This document shows positions 24,219 to 26,313 of a DNA stretch of 26,313 bases, piece after piece. The notes under the pieces were generated by a model, which had not been told where the DNA came from, made no database searches, and saw only the letters and a program-made list of their open reading frames with translations. The stretch spans positions 5,276-31,588 of the forward strand of contig CAKKSP010000030.1 in assembly GCA_919902045.1 (NCBI GenBank). The letters are read 5' to 3'. Made by a program: the position numbers and the translations under genes. How positions within the stretch are numbered: position 1 is the stretch's first letter; the number at the start of each line of letters is the position of its first letter. The DNA is from Omnitrophica bacterium GWA2_41_15. Its GTDB lineage: Bacteria; Omnitrophota; Gorgyraeia; Gygaellales; Profunditerraquicolaceae.

Positions 24219-24647
24219 ATGCGAGTACTCATACATTTTTTGGCAATAACTTTTATTTTATTGCCTGATATTACTACGGCTCAAATGCAGGAAACCAAAC
24301 TCTGCTTTGGCAAAACTTGTATTTTAGCAGAGGTAGCCAATACCCCGGAAACAAGAGCGCGTGGATTAATGTTTAGGGAGAATTTGCCTGAAAACAATGG
24401 AATGCTTTTTGTTTTTGAAAAAACTGATTTTCACGCCTTTTGGATGAAGAATATGAATATTGCTTTAGATTTTATCTGGCTTGATCAGGATAAGCGGGTT
24501 TTATGGATAGATGAGAATATTCTGCCTTGCGTTGAGAAGTGCCCATCGCTTGTACCTACGAAAAAAATAAAGTATGTTTTAGAGGTAAATGCCGGTTGGA
24601 CCAAGCGCCACAATATCAAAGTCAAAAATAAGGTAGTTTTTAATTAA
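24219..24647 (+). CDS. DUF192-family secreted protein
   Basis: N-terminal signal peptide (MRVLIHFLAITFILLPDITTAQ), then ANTPETRARGLMFRE...GMLFVF...FWMKNMNIALDFIWLD...YVLEVNAGW, which is the DUF192 pattern. Confidence 0.6.
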   Translation: MRVLIHFLAITFILLPDITTAQMQETKLCFGKTCILAEVANTPETRARGLMFRENLPENNGMLFVFEKTDFHAFWMKNMNIALDFIWLDQDKRVLWIDENILPCVEKCPSLVPTKKIKYVLEVNAGWTKRHNIKVKNKVVFN

Positions 24648-26313
24648 CCTTCCCGAAGCTGTTTTTCCGCATCTACCACGTCGCGGTTAAGTACGCGTAA
24701 AGTTTCTTTAATTCTTTCTTTTAAACTTAAAGAGATAACCTTGGCATCTTGCATTTCACGCAAAATCTGGATGGACATCCGGAAGTAGCGGATGAGCTCT
24801 CCTTCGTCGGTATCGGTAAATTTTAAAACATGCTCAAAACTACTACCTTGCAGCCAGGCTTCCATTGCAGCGCTCATGTGAAAGTAAGCGCATTTTGAAA
24901 AAGGATAAATTCTTTGTCGTCTTTCTTGTGCTTTGATTCCTTCGTAGATATCATCGCAAACATGACGAATCCGCCTGCCATTTTTAGAAAGAGTTAAAAT
25001 TTCCTGGTTTTTCCGCGGCTCAAAAACTGCAGATACCGCAAGTATCCCAAGGCCAAATTCATCTAATTCTTCAAGTATTCCCTGGCTATAAAGTTCAGCT
25101 AAAAGCAGTTCGTATCCGTGCACTGATTTAGCGAACATTCCTTTATCTGTGAGTTTTCCTTCGGTAATACAGCCAAAACTTTTCAGGAGTTTCAATTTTT
25201 CACCGATTAAGCGCACAGCTTCCTGTTGCGCAGGTTTATTAAATTGAAAACAATGAAAAGAGAGAGGGTAAACTTTAACAATATCTTCACGGTATTTTTC
25301 ATAAAGATTAAGTGCTGTAGCATAAGATGAATTAAGCTGGCTTTTTACTTCTTCTGTTTTGCTAAAGATTACTCGTCGGGCTTCTTCAGGCCTTAAGCGG
25401 CGGGGGTTAATGCGGCAGTAAACAAATCCTTCTCTATCTATACCGCGGCGTCCGGCGCGGCCTGCCATCTGGTAGAAATCTCGAGTTTTAAGCAGGGTAA
25501 TAGAATGCCCGTAAAATTTTCTTAAATCATCAAAGATAACCGTGCGGCTGGGCATATTTATCCCAAGCGCAAAGGTTTCGGTAGTAAAGATTAATTTAAT
25601 CAAGCGGCTGGTGAATAATCGTTCCACAACTTCTTTTAGGGTGGGGAGCATCCCGGCATGATGATAGGCGATCCCGCGTTCAATCAGCGGGTAAAGTTGA
25701 GCTGCTGATTTCTCATTTTTTAAATCAAAACGCTCCAAGAGATCTTCATACATTCCGCTAATTTCATCTCTTTGTTTATGAGTGAGAAAATTTTCGCGTT
25801 GTAATTCAAGTGCCAATTCTTCGGTTTTTCTTCGGCTAAAAGCAAAATAAATCGCAGGCAGGCGGTCATTATCGCGTAAGTGGCGGATGAGAGTGCTGAT
25901 CCTGTTAAATTTAGGCGCGCGAAATCTTTTTAAGGCCTCAAAATTGCCTGTAATTTCATCATGCATCTGGTAATAAAAATTTAAAGGCACAGGACGGTTA
26001 TCTTCGGTGATAATTTTAAATGGCCGCTTATGGATATGAGTAAGCCATTCAGCCAGCTGTTTAATATTAGGGATAGTAGCAGAGAGCGCAAGGATGTTCA
26101 TATGCGCAGGTAAAAATATCAATGATTCTTCCCAGACTGTGCCGCGCTCCGGGTTATCTAAATAATGCACTTCATCAAAAATAATCCAGGAGTAGCGGGA
26201 TAGGCTTTCTGGTTCATCCAGGACTTTATTGCGGAAGATTTCGGTAGTCATGATCAAGACCTGCGCCTGCGGATTAATAGAAACATCTCCGGTAAGTATG
26301 CCGACATGTTCAC
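24644..26313 (-). CDS. Ski2-like DEVH-box helicase, 5'-partial (continues beyond the window edge)
   Basis: The minus-strand frame is open to the window edge. It reads ...HVGILTGDVSINPQAQVLIMTTEI (motif Ib/Ic), then DEVH (motif II), LALSATIPN (motif III), QMAGRAGRRGIDREGFV (motif VI). Walker A (motif I) must lie outside the window. Convergent with the DUF192 gene, overlapping it by 4 nt. Confidence 0.75.
   Translation of the reverse strand, partial: EHVGILTGDVSINPQAQVLIMTTEIFRNKVLDEPESLSRYSWIIFDEVHYLDNPERGTVWEESLIFLPAHMNILALSATIPNIKQLAEWLTHIHKRPFKIITEDNRPVPLNFYYQMHDEITGNFEALKRFRAPKFNRISTLIRHLRDNDRLPAIYFAFSRRKTEELALELQRENFLTHKQRDEISGMYEDLLERFDLKNEKSAAQLYPLIERGIAYHHAGMLPTLKEVVERLFTSRLIKLIFTTETFALGINMPSRTVIFDDLRKFYGHSITLLKTRDFYQMAGRAGRRGIDREGFVYCRINPRRLRPEEARRVIFSKTEEVKSQLNSSYATALNLYEKYREDIVKVYPLSFHCFQFNKPAQQEAVRLIGEKLKLLKSFGCITEGKLTDKGMFAKSVHGYELLLAELYSQGILEELDEFGLGILAVSAVFEPRKNQEILTLSKNGRRIRHVCDDIYEGIKAQERRQRIYPFSKCAYFHMSAAMEAWLQGSSFEHVLKFTDTDEGELIRYFRMSIQILREMQDAKVISLSLKERIKETLRVLNRDVVDAEKQLREG

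Noticed and set aside
1-26313. CRISPR arrays, transposases, integrases, toxin-antitoxin pairs and restriction-modification genes
   Set aside because: No regularly spaced direct repeats with unique spacers were seen. No ORF shows DDE, tyrosine/serine recombinase, HEPN, PIN or methyltransferase motifs. All long ORFs are accounted for by metabolic or housekeeping functions.

Overview
This is a tightly packed, AT-rich bacterial chromosomal segment, dominated by de novo purine biosynthesis and nucleotide-pool genes. About twenty genes lie on the + strand from 5.9 kb to 24.6 kb, often with overlapping start and stop codons. In order: rnfB (C-terminal Rnf subunit), purN; then on the - strand a hypothetical lipoprotein and an FtsH-like AAA metalloprotease; then on the + strand eno, ftsB, an initiator tRNA-Met, purB, a PurS-PurS-PurL fusion, a LOG-family protein, purQ, purF, purM, an SPFH/band-7 protein, purD, purE, a Sua5/YrdC-LMW-phosphatase fusion, rpiB, glyA, dCMP deaminase, nrdR, a DUF151 nuclease, cca, mazG, dcd, a macro-NUDIX fusion and a DUF192 secreted protein. 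A partial Ski2-like DEVH helicase lies on the - strand at the 3' edge. I found no CRISPR array, transposase, integrase or recognisable defence cassette. The most unusual signals are non-coding or structural. (1) A perfect 45-bp palindromic element (AGGGACATTTCTTAA-N15-TTAAGAAATGTCCCT, then CTAAAG) occurs three times, always 15-25 nt upstream of a + strand start codon (eno, purE, DUF192 gene). (2) A GC-rich palindrome family (CGACCTACGCGGTC inverted repeat) occurs twice; one copy appears to have rewritten the 3' end of dcd. (3) purL has a tandem PurS-PurS N-terminus fused to small PurL. (4) Short GC-rich, repeat- or palindrome-containing in-frame insertions sit inside purL, purQ and purM. (5) LOG and SPFH genes are embedded inside the pur operon. 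All functional calls are from motif and domain recognition by eye; no database search was run.
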